From NCBI GenBank assembly GCA_963682135.1, contig OY821645.1, forward strand, positions 2,944,001 to 3,008,000: 64,000 nt of DNA. The letters are read 5' to 3'. The notes under the pieces are model-generated. The model saw only the letters and a list, made by a program, of their open reading frames with translations. It was not told the origin of the DNA and made no database searches. This document shows, in pieces, positions 38,962-53,567 of this stretch (position 1 is the first letter of the stretch; each line of letters begins with the position of its first letter). This DNA comes from Methanothrix sp. GTDB taxonomy: Archaea > Halobacteriota > Methanosarcinia > Methanotrichales > Methanotrichaceae. The position numbers were made by a program, and so were the translations under genes.

Positions 38962-40530
38962 CTAATATCCGGCTTTGGCTACAGGAACCACTCCAATGTC
39001 GAGATACTGGTCTTTCTCATTGCTGTATTGCGGCCAGGTAACATTGATCCCGCCATTGGGGTTGCCCGTCTTGGCAAATCTGGTCCACATGTCCATGATG
39101 TAATCGGAAACCGTGCTGCTGGTTGGATTTGCCTTCCAGTAGCTTGGCCTGAAGACAAAGTAGAGCTCGCTGGTATGATATGCGCCATTGGGCTGGCCGG
39201 GCAGGACATAGGTGAACTTATACAGATATGTGCTCTTGTTGAGATCGGCCATAGAACCGGCAATGAACTTGGAGGCCAGGGCAAAGTCGATATCTGTGGC
39301 AATCCTCTCTATTCTGTACTGGACCTCTGAATCGTTCCTGGCCGGGTACCTGGCCAGCATCTTGAAGGCGTACGGTCCAAAGCCGTCCTGCAGGAACTTC
39401 CAGTAATCCTCCGTGGTCATATTTGTCTTGGCAGCCAGCAGAGTTCCTTCATCTGCGTTAGATCCGATCAAGAGTGGGACTGGATTTTGTCGCCCCTGTC
39501 TGAAGATCTCTTGCGGCTCCTCTGGAATCAGCCACCCGTCAATGGTGGGCTTGAAGGCCACATTATGGAAACCCCAAAATGTTGAATTCCATACATACGG
39601 CGTGCTGTTGACCAGGTCAAGGGCACTCATGTTGCGCATCTTCTGGATTGCATCAGGCCCGGAATATCCCAGGCTTTCGGCGTACTTCTGGCCGTAATCT
39701 TCTGCCTCAGCCTTTGTTCTGTAACCAATAATTGCCGGGCCATTTGACCAGACTCCGCCGCTCTCGACGATGGCCTGGCTGTAAAGCCCCTTGCTCTGGG
39801 GTATTGCCAACTGGCTGACTATGTTGGCAGCTCCTGCCGATTCGCCGAAGATAGTGACGCGATCTGGGTCTCCCCCAAATGCGGCGATATTCCTTTGGAC
39901 CCACCCCAAGGCTGCCTCCTGGTCAAGAAGAGCGTAGTTGCCTGAGGTATTGTTAGGTGACTCTTGGGAGAGCTGTGGATGAGCCAGATATCCAAGAACT
40001 CCGACCCTGTAGTTGAACGTAACCACGATAACCCCTTTTTCAGCCAGGGCGGTCCCATTATAGAGTGGTAGAGCGCTAGATCCCCTAACATATGCTCCTC
40101 CATAGACAAAGACCATCACCGGCAGTTTTTCGCTGGAATTGGCCGCAGGAGTCCAGATGTTCAGGGTGAGGCAGTCCTCGCTCATGTTCCCCGGGTACCA
40201 TTCAGGTCCAAAGTCTTTTGAGACTGCCTGGGGGCAGGACGGGCTGAACCTGTCGGCTTTGAAGACACCCTCCCAGAGTTTAGCGGCCTCTGGAGGCTTC
40301 CACCTCAGATCTCCAGTTGGAGGTGCTGCATATGGAATCCCAAGGTATATGTTAAGCCCGTTCTGGTTAATTCCTGAGACATATCCACCTTGCGTCTTTA
40401 TAACATCCAATCCTTTTTGCGTATCTTCTGCTACAGCAGATACCGCCAAGAGGCAAATCCCGGCGTATATCACACAGATCAGATATTTGATTTTTTTATT
40501 CTTTATCGTATTTTCCTCTATACACACCAT
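38962..40530 (-). CDS. Secreted type-B carboxylesterase/lipase
   Basis: GIPYAAPP.GDLRW, SEDCL.LN, FGESAG nucleophile elbow, AYHTSE. Confidence 0.95.
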   Translation of the reverse strand: MVCIEENTIKNKKIKYLICVIYAGICLLAVSAVAEDTQKGLDVIKTQGGYVSGINQNGLNIYLGIPYAAPPTGDLRWKPPEAAKLWEGVFKADRFSPSCPQAVSKDFGPEWYPGNMSEDCLTLNIWTPAANSSEKLPVMVFVYGGAYVRGSSALPLYNGTALAEKGVIVVTFNYRVGVLGYLAHPQLSQESPNNTSGNYALLDQEAALGWVQRNIAAFGGDPDRVTIFGESAGAANIVSQLAIPQSKGLYSQAIVESGGVWSNGPAIIGYRTKAEAEDYGQKYAESLGYSGPDAIQKMRNMSALDLVNSTPYVWNSTFWGFHNVAFKPTIDGWLIPEEPQEIFRQGRQNPVPLLIGSNADEGTLLAAKTNMTTEDYWKFLQDGFGPYAFKMLARYPARNDSEVQYRIERIATDIDFALASKFIAGSMADLNKSTYLYKFTYVLPGQPNGAYHTSELYFVFRPSYWKANPTSSTVSDYIMDMWTRFAKTGNPNGGINVTWPQYSNEKDQYLDIGVVPVAKAGY

Positions 40531-40689
40531 AATAATCCCTTAATAATAGAGGACGATTCAATCTATTAAGTTTTTTTGTATCTGTTTTGTTTAAAAAAAT
40601 GCGTTGGTTGAATCAAAGATAGGTGACATTGAGTTGTTGAGTCCAAAATTAAGAATCTCACATAAATTGCTGAGCACCGCAAAGCTTAT

Positions 40690-40718
40690 TTAACCTGGCG
40701 TTACTAACTTAAGGTTCA
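40690..40718 (+). promoter_or_regulatory. Putative HSR1-type operator, two overlapping CTAAC-N5-GTTAG-like sites next to the TATA box
   Basis: TTAAC-CTGGC-GTTAC (40690-40704) and CTAAC-TTAAG-GTTCA (40704-40718), directly upstream of the ArsR/HSR1-like gene. Confidence 0.5.
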
Positions 40719-40733
40719 ATAAGTAATAATAGA

Positions 40734-41363
40734 GTGATGATATTGGATCCAGTTGAGCTTTTAGATATCCTGGGGAACGAGAATAGGAGGCGCATACTTC
40801 AATTGCTCTCCTTTCGCCCTTTCTATTTTAATGAGATGGCCAAGCGACTTGATGTCGGGCCAAAGGCAGTCATCGATCATCTGCTGATGCTGGAGAGAGC
40901 GGGCCTGGTGGAATGCTACCAGGACCAGGGAAGAAGAAAGTATTTCCGTATTGTCAGAAAAACGGTCCTGGAAGTGGCGGTCTCGCCTCATTCTTATGGG
41001 GTGCGAGCCTTTCTCTCTGAGGACGTACCAAAGGTGGAAGATACCGAGTTGGCCCAGGATATGAAGCTCTTACGCGACGAGCTCTCAAGCCTGGAGGAAG
41101 AAAGGCTGAAACTGCGCACCCTCCTGGACGAGATCGAATCTCGCGAGATGGAGATCAAACACAAAGCTTGCAGTGCGGCGAAAGACTTTGCGCAAAACCA
41201 GCTGGAGGCGGAGATTCTGACGGCATTGCTCTCGGGTGACATTGATGCTTTGCATCTCTCTATGAAGCTCGAGGTTCCAGAGATTGTGGTAATAGATCGG
41301 CTTAAGAAGCTGGAAGAGCGTGGGGCTGTGCATTTATTAGATCAGAAATGGAGCATTAGATAA
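40734..41363 (+). CDS. ArsR-family regulator, Phr/HSR1-like heat-shock repressor
   Basis: [34 protein letters not shown]; coupled to cdc48. Confidence 0.82.
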   Translation: MMILDPVELLDILGNENRRRILQLLSFRPFYFNEMAKRLDVGPKAVIDHLLMLERAGLVECYQDQGRRKYFRIVRKTVLEVAVSPHSYGVRAFLSEDVPKVEDTELAQDMKLLRDELSSLEEERLKLRTLLDEIESREMEIKHKACSAAKDFAQNQLEAEILTALLSGDIDALHLSMKLEVPEIVVIDRLKKLEERGAVHLLDQKWSIR

Positions 41364-43576
41364 TGGAGAGGGATGCGGCGAGCCTAGAGACGGTCGAAGG
41401 TGGGCCAAAAGGAGTTGCTTCTGCGCAGCTTCGAGTGGCTGAAGCCTATCACAAAGATGCAGGTAAGGGCGTGGCCAGGATTGGGGCTGATGCATTTGCT
41501 TCCCTCTCCCTGGAGAATGGCGGAGTGGTGGAGATCAAAGGAAAAGATAAGGTCTACGCCATAGTCTGGCCCGGAACCCCTGACGATCCCCAGGACCTAA
41601 TCAGGATTGACGGAAGTACCCGCGCCAACCTGGGTGTGGGGATAGACAGCAAAGTTGTGGTCACTCGGGCTGAGGCAAGACCCGCCCGAAAGATCGTAGT
41701 CGCCCCCACGCGCCAGATCCGGCTCATGGGCGGTCCGCAGTATTTGCTTCGCATGCTGCAAGGACGGGCAATTGTCAAGGGTGAGATGCTGCGCGTAGAG
41801 ATGATCAATAGCAGCCTCAACCTGGCCGTGGTCAGCACATTGCCCGCCGGTGCGGTGCTGGTGACAACAGATACAATCATCAGCATCACCAGAGAGACTT
41901 TGGAGGAGCTGGCACTGCAAGTGCGGGATATCTCCTATGAGGATATCGGCGGCCTTTCCCGCGAGATAAGAGAGATCAGAGAGATGATTGAAATACCGCT
42001 GCGCCATCCGGAGCTCTTCTCTCGCCTGGGCATAAATCCACCGCGCGGAGTGCTGCTGCACGGACCGCCCGGCACGGGAAAAACGCTCATCGCGAGAGCA
42101 GTGGCCAGCGAGACCGATGCTAATTTCATATCTATCTCCGGTCCTGAGATTGTATCCAAGTTTTATGGAGAAAGCGAGCAGAGGTTGCGCCAGATCTTCG
42201 AGGAGGCCTCAAAGACTGCTCCTTCCATCATATTCATCGATGAGATCGATTCCATTGCACCCAAACGTGAGGAGGTGTCCGGCGACCTGGAGAGGCGTGT
42301 GGTAGCCCAGTTGCTGGCTCTCTTGGACGGCCTTTCCTCGCGGGGAGAGGTAATAGTCATAGCCGCCACCAATAGGCCAAATGCCCTTGATCCTGCCATC
42401 CGTCGTGGCGGACGCTTTGATCGAGAGATTGAGATCGGCATTCCCAGTAAAACCGGTCGGTTGGAGGTGCTTTATGTTCATACCCGGGGCATGCCTCTCG
42501 ATCCTACCCTGGACTTAAAAGAGATCGCGGATGCTACGCACGGCTTTGTGGGAGCCGACCTTTATGCTCTCTGCAAAGAAGCAGCCATGCGAACATTGGA
42601 GAGGGCGTTTCCTGACCTGGATGTGAGTGAAGATATACCATCAGAGATCGTGGAAAGCCTTAGGGTCACCAAAGAGGATTTTAAAGCGGCTTTAAAGAAG
42701 ATTGAGCCTTCCGCCATGAGAGAGGTCTTCGTAGAGGTGGCGGAGGTACACTGGGATGATGTGGGGGGCCTCGATGGTGTCAAGCAATTGCTCATCGAGG
42801 CGGTGGAGTGGCCGCTGCAGTATCCGGAAGCTTTTGCTGCTGTGGGCGTTCGCCCTGCGCGCGGCATACTTCTCTATGGCCTGCCTGGGACGGGCAAGAC
42901 CCTCCTGGTAAGGGCTCTGGCTACAGAGAGCAATTTAAACTTCATCAGCGTCAAAGGCCCGGAGCTGCTCAGCAAGTGGGTAGGCGAATCGGAGCGTGCT
43001 GTAAGGGAGATCTTTCGCAAGGCCCGCCAGGCGGCCCCAGCGTTAGTATTCTTTGATGAGATCGACTCCATTGTTCCCAGCCGCAGCGGCGGAGCGGAAG
43101 CGAATGTTACAGAGCGAGTGGTAAGCCAATTCCTAACTGAACTGGATGGACTGGTGTCGCTCAAAGATGTGGTAATTGTGGCGGCAACCAACCGGCCGGA
43201 TCTTCTGGATAGCTCAATGCTGCGTCCCGGAAGGTTCGATCGTTTAATTTATATTCCCATGCCGGATAATCTTGCAAGGAAGAGAATACTTGAGATTTAT
43301 CTCTCCCGCATGGCCGCATCCGGTGTACAGGCCCAATGGCTGGCTGATATGACAGAGGACTTTTCCGGTGCAGATTTGGAGATGTTCTGCCGGGAAGCAG
43401 GGATGCTTGCTTTAAAAGAGCATATAACACCAGGCATGAATCGAGAAGAATTGATCATTGATAGGATACTGATAACACATGATCATTTCCAAAGAGCGCA
43501 TGAGCTTATCAAGCCCCATCTGTCTAAAGGCATGCGGGAAGAATACCTTAAAATGATTCGAGATTTCCAAGGGTAA
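41363..43576 (+). CDS. cdc48: CDC48/VAT AAA+ ATPase
   Basis: N-domain plus two AAA modules ([16 protein letters not shown]). Confidence 0.96.
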   Translation: MERDAASLETVEGGPKGVASAQLRVAEAYHKDAGKGVARIGADAFASLSLENGGVVEIKGKDKVYAIVWPGTPDDPQDLIRIDGSTRANLGVGIDSKVVVTRAEARPARKIVVAPTRQIRLMGGPQYLLRMLQGRAIVKGEMLRVEMINSSLNLAVVSTLPAGAVLVTTDTIISITRETLEELALQVRDISYEDIGGLSREIREIREMIEIPLRHPELFSRLGINPPRGVLLHGPPGTGKTLIARAVASETDANFISISGPEIVSKFYGESEQRLRQIFEEASKTAPSIIFIDEIDSIAPKREEVSGDLERRVVAQLLALLDGLSSRGEVIVIAATNRPNALDPAIRRGGRFDREIEIGIPSKTGRLEVLYVHTRGMPLDPTLDLKEIADATHGFVGADLYALCKEAAMRTLERAFPDLDVSEDIPSEIVESLRVTKEDFKAALKKIEPSAMREVFVEVAEVHWDDVGGLDGVKQLLIEAVEWPLQYPEAFAAVGVRPARGILLYGLPGTGKTLLVRALATESNLNFISVKGPELLSKWVGESERAVREIFRKARQAAPALVFFDEIDSIVPSRSGGAEANVTERVVSQFLTELDGLVSLKDVVIVAATNRPDLLDSSMLRPGRFDRLIYIPMPDNLARKRILEIYLSRMAASGVQAQWLADMTEDFSGADLEMFCREAGMLALKEHITPGMNREELIIDRILITHDHFQRAHELIKPHLSKGMREEYLKMIRDFQG

Positions 43577-43650
43577 GAAAGGACGAAATGAGCAAAAATA
43601 GTATGGTAGCAAAGCATCAGATATATAGTCAAGAAGGATTAAGAGACGAT

Positions 43651-45570
43651 ATGAGGGCCGAAAAATTGACTTTTGAAGACGAGTCGAAAGAGCTGCTTGG
43701 GGATATAGATTTCAATGATACCAGCAGCATAACCGTGCCTGAGAGCCTCATTGATCACGTAATCGGTCAGGATGAAGCCGTGGAAGTGATCAAGAAGGCG
43801 GCACGTCAGAGACGCCATGTCATGCTCATCGGATCGCCGGGAACAGGCAAATCCATGCTCGGCAAGGCCATGAGCGAGTTGCTCCCTGTGGAAGAGCTAC
43901 AGGATGTGCTGGTCTATGCCAATCCAGAGGATAACAACACACCGCGCGTTCGCATAGTGCCTGCCGGCAGAGGCAAGCAGATAGTTGAAGCCCAGAAGAT
44001 GGAGGCCAGAAAGAAGGTCCAGACGCGCAATATGTTCTTAATGCTCATCGTAATGGCCCTGATAGTATATGCCTATTATACCGGACAGCTCCTCTTCGGA
44101 ATCATAGCGGCAGCGCTCATATTCCTATCACTACGTTATATGCTGCCCAAAGAGGATGCCATGGTACCCAAGCTCTTGGTGGATAATAACGCCAAGAAGA
44201 AGGCACCTTATATTGATGCCACCGGTGCACACGCTGGTGCCCTTCTGGGAGATGTGCGCCATGATCCCTTCCAGTCCGGAGGGCTGGAGACGCCATCCCA
44301 TGAGCGGGTGGAATGCGGAGCCATTCATAAGGCCCACAAGGGAGTTCTCTTCATTGACGAGGTAAACACCCTGCGCCCGGAGTCGCAGCAAAGCCTGCTT
44401 ACTGCTTTGCAGGAGGGTGAGTATCCCATCACTGGTCAGAGCGAGAGAAGCTCCGGAGCATTGGTCAGAACTGAGCCGGTGCCCTGCAACTTCATCATGA
44501 TCCTGGCGGGAAATTTGGATGCCGTGCAGGGAATGCATCCCGCTCTGCGTTCCCGCATTAAAGGCTACGGATATGAGGTCTACATGAGAGACAGCATGGA
44601 CGACACTCTGGAGAACAGAAACAAGCTCATAAGATTCGTGGCCCAGGAGATTGTGAGAGACGGCAAAATACCGCATTTTACCAGGGATGCAGTCTCGGAG
44701 ATTATGCGGGAAGCCAAGAGGAGGTCGGGCAGGAAGGGCCATCTCACACTAATGCTGCGAGACCTGGGCGGCTTGATCAGGGTATCCGGGGACGTAGCTC
44801 GCGCCGATGGTGCGAACCTCACTGATGTGGACCATGTAAAAGAGGCCAAGAAGATGGCAAGGTCTGTAGAGCAGCAGCTTGCAGATCGCTACATGGAGCG
44901 GCGCCGTGATTACAGCATGTTCCATTCTTCCGGTGACGAGGTGGGAAGAGTAAATGGTTTGGCAGTCATGGGCGACTCGGGAATAGTGCTCCCCATCATG
45001 GCCGAGGTCACACAGGCCCAGTCCAAGGAAGAGGGCAAGATCATAGCTACCGGCAAGCTGCAGGAGATAGCCAGAGAAGCTGTCACCAACGTCTCCGTGC
45101 TCATCAAGAAGTTCCTGGGTGAAGACATAACCAAAAAAGATGTGCATATTCAGTTCATCGGCACCTATGAGGGTGTGGAGGGCGATAGCGCATCTATCTC
45201 CATTGCCACAGCAGTCATATCCGCCCTGGAAGGTGTACCCGTCAAGCAATCGGTGGCCATGACCGGATCGCTCTCTGTGCGGGGAGATGTCATGCCTGTG
45301 GGAGGCGTGACGCAGAAGATCGAGGCCGCAGCGAAAGCCGGCATCAAGACGGTGCTTATACCAAAATCCAACATGGGTGATGTACTCATTGATGACGCCA
45401 TCAAGGGCATGATCGAGATAATCCCCGTCTCCAATATGAGTGAGGTCTTTGAGTATGCCATGGGCGGACAGAGGAATCGGTTGATAGAGAAGCTGAAGAA
45501 GTTTGCAGCTGAAAAGAAGATCGGCATCATCTTGCCGGAGACCATCTCTATCCCCAGCAGGAGCATCTGA
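43651..45570 (+). CDS. lonB: Membrane-anchored ATP-dependent protease LonB (start 43651 or 43588)
   Basis: GSPGTGKS, TM insert, RHDPFQSGG, catalytic GDSAS and QKIEAA. Confidence 0.96.
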   Translation: MRAEKLTFEDESKELLGDIDFNDTSSITVPESLIDHVIGQDEAVEVIKKAARQRRHVMLIGSPGTGKSMLGKAMSELLPVEELQDVLVYANPEDNNTPRVRIVPAGRGKQIVEAQKMEARKKVQTRNMFLMLIVMALIVYAYYTGQLLFGIIAAALIFLSLRYMLPKEDAMVPKLLVDNNAKKKAPYIDATGAHAGALLGDVRHDPFQSGGLETPSHERVECGAIHKAHKGVLFIDEVNTLRPESQQSLLTALQEGEYPITGQSERSSGALVRTEPVPCNFIMILAGNLDAVQGMHPALRSRIKGYGYEVYMRDSMDDTLENRNKLIRFVAQEIVRDGKIPHFTRDAVSEIMREAKRRSGRKGHLTLMLRDLGGLIRVSGDVARADGANLTDVDHVKEAKKMARSVEQQLADRYMERRRDYSMFHSSGDEVGRVNGLAVMGDSGIVLPIMAEVTQAQSKEEGKIIATGKLQEIAREAVTNVSVLIKKFLGEDITKKDVHIQFIGTYEGVEGDSASISIATAVISALEGVPVKQSVAMTGSLSVRGDVMPVGGVTQKIEAAAKAGIKTVLIPKSNMGDVLIDDAIKGMIEIIPVSNMSEVFEYAMGGQRNRLIEKLKKFAAEKKIGIILPETISIPSRSI

Positions 45571-45576
45571 AACCCA

Positions 45577-46896
45577 ATGGCGCCTGAGTTCTACGACATC
45601 CGAACCCTGCGCGGCAGTAGGACCAGGATTGTCCTGGACAACGGAAAGCTGGAAGAGATTAACCAGGCCCCTTTCCAGGGCGCGGCTGTGCGAGCTCTTT
45701 TTGGAGGGGCCTGGGGTTTTGTTACCACGGATAGTGTGACAGATCTGGGGGAGGATGTCGCTCTGGCCAAACGCATCGCCCGGAAGATTGACCGGCGCGA
45801 TGATCTCACGCTGGCCCGGGCCCCACCGGGTAGAAGCGTCGTAGTTCCGGTTAAAAAAGATCCCAAGGACATTTCCCTGGAGGAAAAGGTGGCGCTGCTG
45901 CGAGAGATTGAAGACGCAGCTAAAGTGAAAGGCGTAACCTCGACTCAGGCCGTCTATGCGGAAATGGATTTCACCATGCATTATAGTAGCTCTGAGGGCC
46001 TGGATCTGGAGGCAAAGACGACGCGTATGGGTTTTGTCATCAGCGCTGTGGCCCACAGAAACGGACTGTACCAGACGGATGGAGAGGGTCGGTCCGGAGT
46101 GGGAGGCCTGGAGCTCTTTGACCGGGAAGACCCCATTGCCCTGGCTAGAGTTGTAGGAGAGACGGCGGTAGCCCTTCTGGACGCAAAAGCGCCCAAGGGC
46201 GGAACCTATCCCGTTCTCCTTGATCAGGAGCTGGCCGGAGTCTTCGTTCATGAGGCAGTGGGTCATGCCACTGAGGGAGATATCATCCTGGAGGGCGACT
46301 CCTGTTTGGAAGGAAAGCTGGGCCAGAAGATCGGATCGGAATTGGTGACGGTCAAGGACGATCCCAGTCTGATGAATAACGGCTACTATCCCTTTGACGA
46401 CGAGGGAAGCCTTGCTCAGGAAACGGTATTGGTAGAAAACGGTATCCTCAAGTCTTATCTCAATTCTCGCGAGACGGCTGCGCGGTTAGGCGGCGTGCCG
46501 CGCAATGCCCGCGCTGAGGGACTGGACCGGCCGGTGGTGCGTATGAGCAACACCTACATCGCCAATGGCGACTGGAAGCTGGAAGAGATGCTGAGCGAAC
46601 TGGGAGATGGCGTCTACCTGGCAGGTAGTCGTGGGGGCCAGGTGAGCACGGGCGAGGGCGTCTTCCAATTCAATGCCAAGAGAGGCTATCTGGTGGAAAA
46701 GGGCGAGAAGACCAGGCTATTGCGCGATGTCTCGTTATCCGGCAAGATCCTGGAGACTCTGCTGCATGTGCGCGCGGTGGGAAATGATCTGAAGTTCAAC
46801 AGCGGGCGCTGCGGAAAAGCAGGACAGCTTGTGCCCGTGAGCGACGGTTCGCCGCACCTCCTGGTGGCCGAGGCGACGGTGGGCGGAGCGGGATAG
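45577..46896 (+). CDS. tldD: TldD/PmbA family metalloprotease (TldD)
   Basis: HEAVGH, DDEG, RMSNT, CGK.GQ.VPV..G.PH. Confidence 0.93.
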   Translation: MAPEFYDIRTLRGSRTRIVLDNGKLEEINQAPFQGAAVRALFGGAWGFVTTDSVTDLGEDVALAKRIARKIDRRDDLTLARAPPGRSVVVPVKKDPKDISLEEKVALLREIEDAAKVKGVTSTQAVYAEMDFTMHYSSSEGLDLEAKTTRMGFVISAVAHRNGLYQTDGEGRSGVGGLELFDREDPIALARVVGETAVALLDAKAPKGGTYPVLLDQELAGVFVHEAVGHATEGDIILEGDSCLEGKLGQKIGSELVTVKDDPSLMNNGYYPFDDEGSLAQETVLVENGILKSYLNSRETAARLGGVPRNARAEGLDRPVVRMSNTYIANGDWKLEEMLSELGDGVYLAGSRGGQVSTGEGVFQFNAKRGYLVEKGEKTRLLRDVSLSGKILETLLHVRAVGNDLKFNSGRCGKAGQLVPVSDGSPHLLVAEATVGGAG

Positions 46897-47000
46897 AAAT
46901 GGACCTTCTCAATTTATTTTTCTATTTTATTAATGGTTTCTTTAAGTTAAGTGGTATTAGAAGCATAATTTAAATGAGATTATAGCGAACATGAGGGATA

Positions 47001-47720
47001 ATGGTGGCGACCGAAATTCCAATGCAAGTAAAATTTCATCAGATATTGGCCCTTACGTTTCCTGGCTTCTTTTCCGCGGTAACATTTTTCATGTTGATTG
47101 ATCTATGGAGTCCATTAAATCTTACATCTTATGTATTTGGTGAGACTTCAAGAATTATCGCATTTATTGGATTGGTATTTGTTATAGGAACTATGTTTGG
47201 CATCATAAATGATGGGATTAACCATTTGATTATTGAAGGTGTTTTCTTCGATAGATCTCAGAAAATAATTAAAATAAAGGCTTGCATTAGACATGCTGTT
47301 AAAGATTATTACCTAAATATTTTGCATAAACGTTTGACTTGTGCAAATGAAATAATGAGTTGTGAAACATGTGCTCATAATAATAATTGCAATTTGAATG
47401 AATTGATTCTAAACGACTACTATATATTCAGCAAAGATATTACTAAATATATCTCTATTGATGCGCATCTCAATGAAGAATATTATTGCTATTGTAGCTT
47501 TTATTCTAACTCATTTATTTCATTGGTATTTTTCGCTGTAGTATCGCCGAGTTATTTTCATGGATCCTTTGGCATCGGATGGGGACAGGCTTTGCTATTA
47601 TGCGCCATCACGCTGATTTTGTCTGGATTAGGCCTCTATAGCAGTTTTAATACATATATCTACTATTATCGGGCATTATACTCAATAATTAGGGGATATG
47701 TCGATACGCAAGACATTTAG
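47001..47720 (+). CDS. AT-rich hypothetical membrane protein (about 4 TM)
   Basis: 239-aa ORF with hydrophobic N- and C-terminal pairs and a central Cys cluster; visibly lower GC than its flanks. Confidence 0.7.
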   Translation: MVATEIPMQVKFHQILALTFPGFFSAVTFFMLIDLWSPLNLTSYVFGETSRIIAFIGLVFVIGTMFGIINDGINHLIIEGVFFDRSQKIIKIKACIRHAVKDYYLNILHKRLTCANEIMSCETCAHNNNCNLNELILNDYYIFSKDITKYISIDAHLNEEYYCYCSFYSNSFISLVFFAVVSPSYFHGSFGIGWGQALLLCAITLILSGLGLYSSFNTYIYYYRALYSIIRGYVDTQDI

Positions 47721-48026
47721 CTGGATGCTCGCGAAATCAAGTGTTTCCAAGAGATCAGCACAGTATTTGTCGCTAGTGATCGATCGACGTATCTGCCTAT
47801 AGCTTGGGGTATTATGGGCGTGGCGAGATAGCTCTTGCAAGCTCTGCAAATTTGACCAATTGCTTTTGCTCTATCTAAATCTAACAGAACTTGAGCGTAA
47901 CTGTTTTGTGGAGCGATATGTGCGATCTTCCTTGATGATTGCATATCGGTAGCGGCTGAGATTCTACTGGCGGGTACTATTGTGGTGGTTTTCCCTCCTA
48001 ATTGCATCCCTCTTTTATCCGCCATC

Positions 48027-48308
48027 TATAAATACGGGTCATCCATTAGGGAAGAGGCCGATGCGATGGGCTCGCAGGATCCGCTTCGTTCTCCAGATGC
48101 AAACCTGGGGATCAGATGGGGCGAAATCCTTAAGTACGAGTTTCGATCACAATGGCTGCCGAAAAGAGTTCATGTTTTCGTGTCTCCTTCGCGACTTCTC
48201 CTCATGGTCAAGTCCAAGTGACTCGAAAGCTATAAATAGTACGAACTCCTTTTGTGCTGGTCCAATAATCGACGCTAAAGAGGTCTGCTGAAAGGCAACC
48301 TTTAAATA
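48027..48308 (+). promoter_or_regulatory. Tandem rRNA operon promoters (BRE/TATA)
   Basis: TATAAATA 48027, CGAAA..TTAAGTA 48130, CGAAA..TATAAATA 48231, TTTAAATA 48301, spaced 70-100 bp upstream of the 16S leader. Confidence 0.5.
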
Positions 48309-48517
48309 GTAGTGATGCGTACAGAATTGGGCCGATGAGGCGTCGCACCTGAAAATCCAGATCCAGCATTAAATGGCTGAACCTGCTTCGAAGCTGCGAT
48401 TAAAACAAATGGAGACGCGAGTTTTTTCGTGTCTGACATTGGTCTTGGCGACTCAGCCAATTCCGACTGGTTTCGGAATAACATGATTGAGTTTTAAAAC
48501 TTCCTAGAAGGATATGA

Positions 48518-49988
<1,471 letters not shown>

Positions 49989-50114
49989 AACGTTATTGGG
50001 TATGCGAAACTGCATACCCGTCCCCTTAACCAGTTGGAAGCTGAAAATGTCGACCGAGACCAAACAAGAGAAATTAGCCAGCTATTCTGATTATTAGCTG
50101 GGCAATGATAACCC

Positions 50115-50187
50115 GGGCTTGTAGCTCAGCTGGTAGAGCGCCGCCTTTGCAAGGCGGAGGCCCTGGGTTCGAATCCCAGCAAGTCCA
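50115..50187 (+). tRNA. tRNA-Ala(TGC)
   Basis: GGGCTTG..CAAGTCCA acceptor, CCGCC-TTTGCAA-GGCGG anticodon arm, GGTTCGAATCC; lies in the 16S-23S spacer. Confidence 0.97.
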
Positions 50188-50314
50188 AATTCATATGCAC
50201 ACATTGAGGCAGACTCGATGTGGAAGGGCAGAGGTCCGTTCATTGACGGGACGGTCCTGTGAAGCCGTGCACAAGCTTTGCGACCAGACGCTCACTGAGT
50301 TTAGTGGGGCATAA

Positions 50315-53206
<2,892 letters not shown>

Positions 53207-53258
53207 GCCCCGCTAAACTCGGGCGAAATCTGGTCGCAAAGCATAAATTGTGCATTAC

Positions 53259-53316
53259 TCCACGGTAAGCTTCCAACGGGGAAGCAATTACTGCCGGTTC
53301 GAATCCGGACCATGGA
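53259..53316 (+). ncRNA. tRNA-like processing element upstream of 5S rRNA
   Basis: TCCACGGT/ACCATGGA acceptor-like stem, GCTTCC/GGAAGC hairpin, T-arm CCGG-TTCGAAT-CCGG; no anticodon cloverleaf. Confidence 0.65.
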
Positions 53317-53319
53317 TTC

Positions 53320-53446
53320 GAGCATAGCGGCCAGAGCGACAGGGAGACTCCTGAACCCATTCCGAACTCAGAAGATAAGCCTGCCCACGTTCTGCACTGT
53401 ACTCAGATGCGCGAGCTCTCGGGAAATGCAGATCGCTGCTATGCTC
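53320..53446 (+). rRNA. rrf: 5S rRNA
   Basis: GAGCATAGCGGCC..CCCATTCCGAAC..GCTGCTATGCTC, with terminal pairing. Confidence 0.95.
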
Positions 53447-53567
53447 ACCTAAACCTATTTTCGCAAAGCTTGATTAAATTAATTGGATTGATATTACTAC
53501 TATTTAGCCGTGCTGCTATATGCTTCACGTTTACAATTTCATGGATAAAGGCAACCTTGCCACATCC

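Noticed and set aside
44749-46266. 505-aa minus-strand ORF
   Set aside because: Antisense to the well-supported lonB and tldD, with no recognisable motifs.
47717-48484. Short ORFs upstream of the 16S gene
   Set aside because: No motifs; the region is better explained as rRNA promoters and leader.
53259-53316. Possible tRNA gene (e.g. tRNA-Cys) after the 23S
   Set aside because: Only 58 nt and lacks a complete D plus anticodon cloverleaf; treated as a tRNA-like element.
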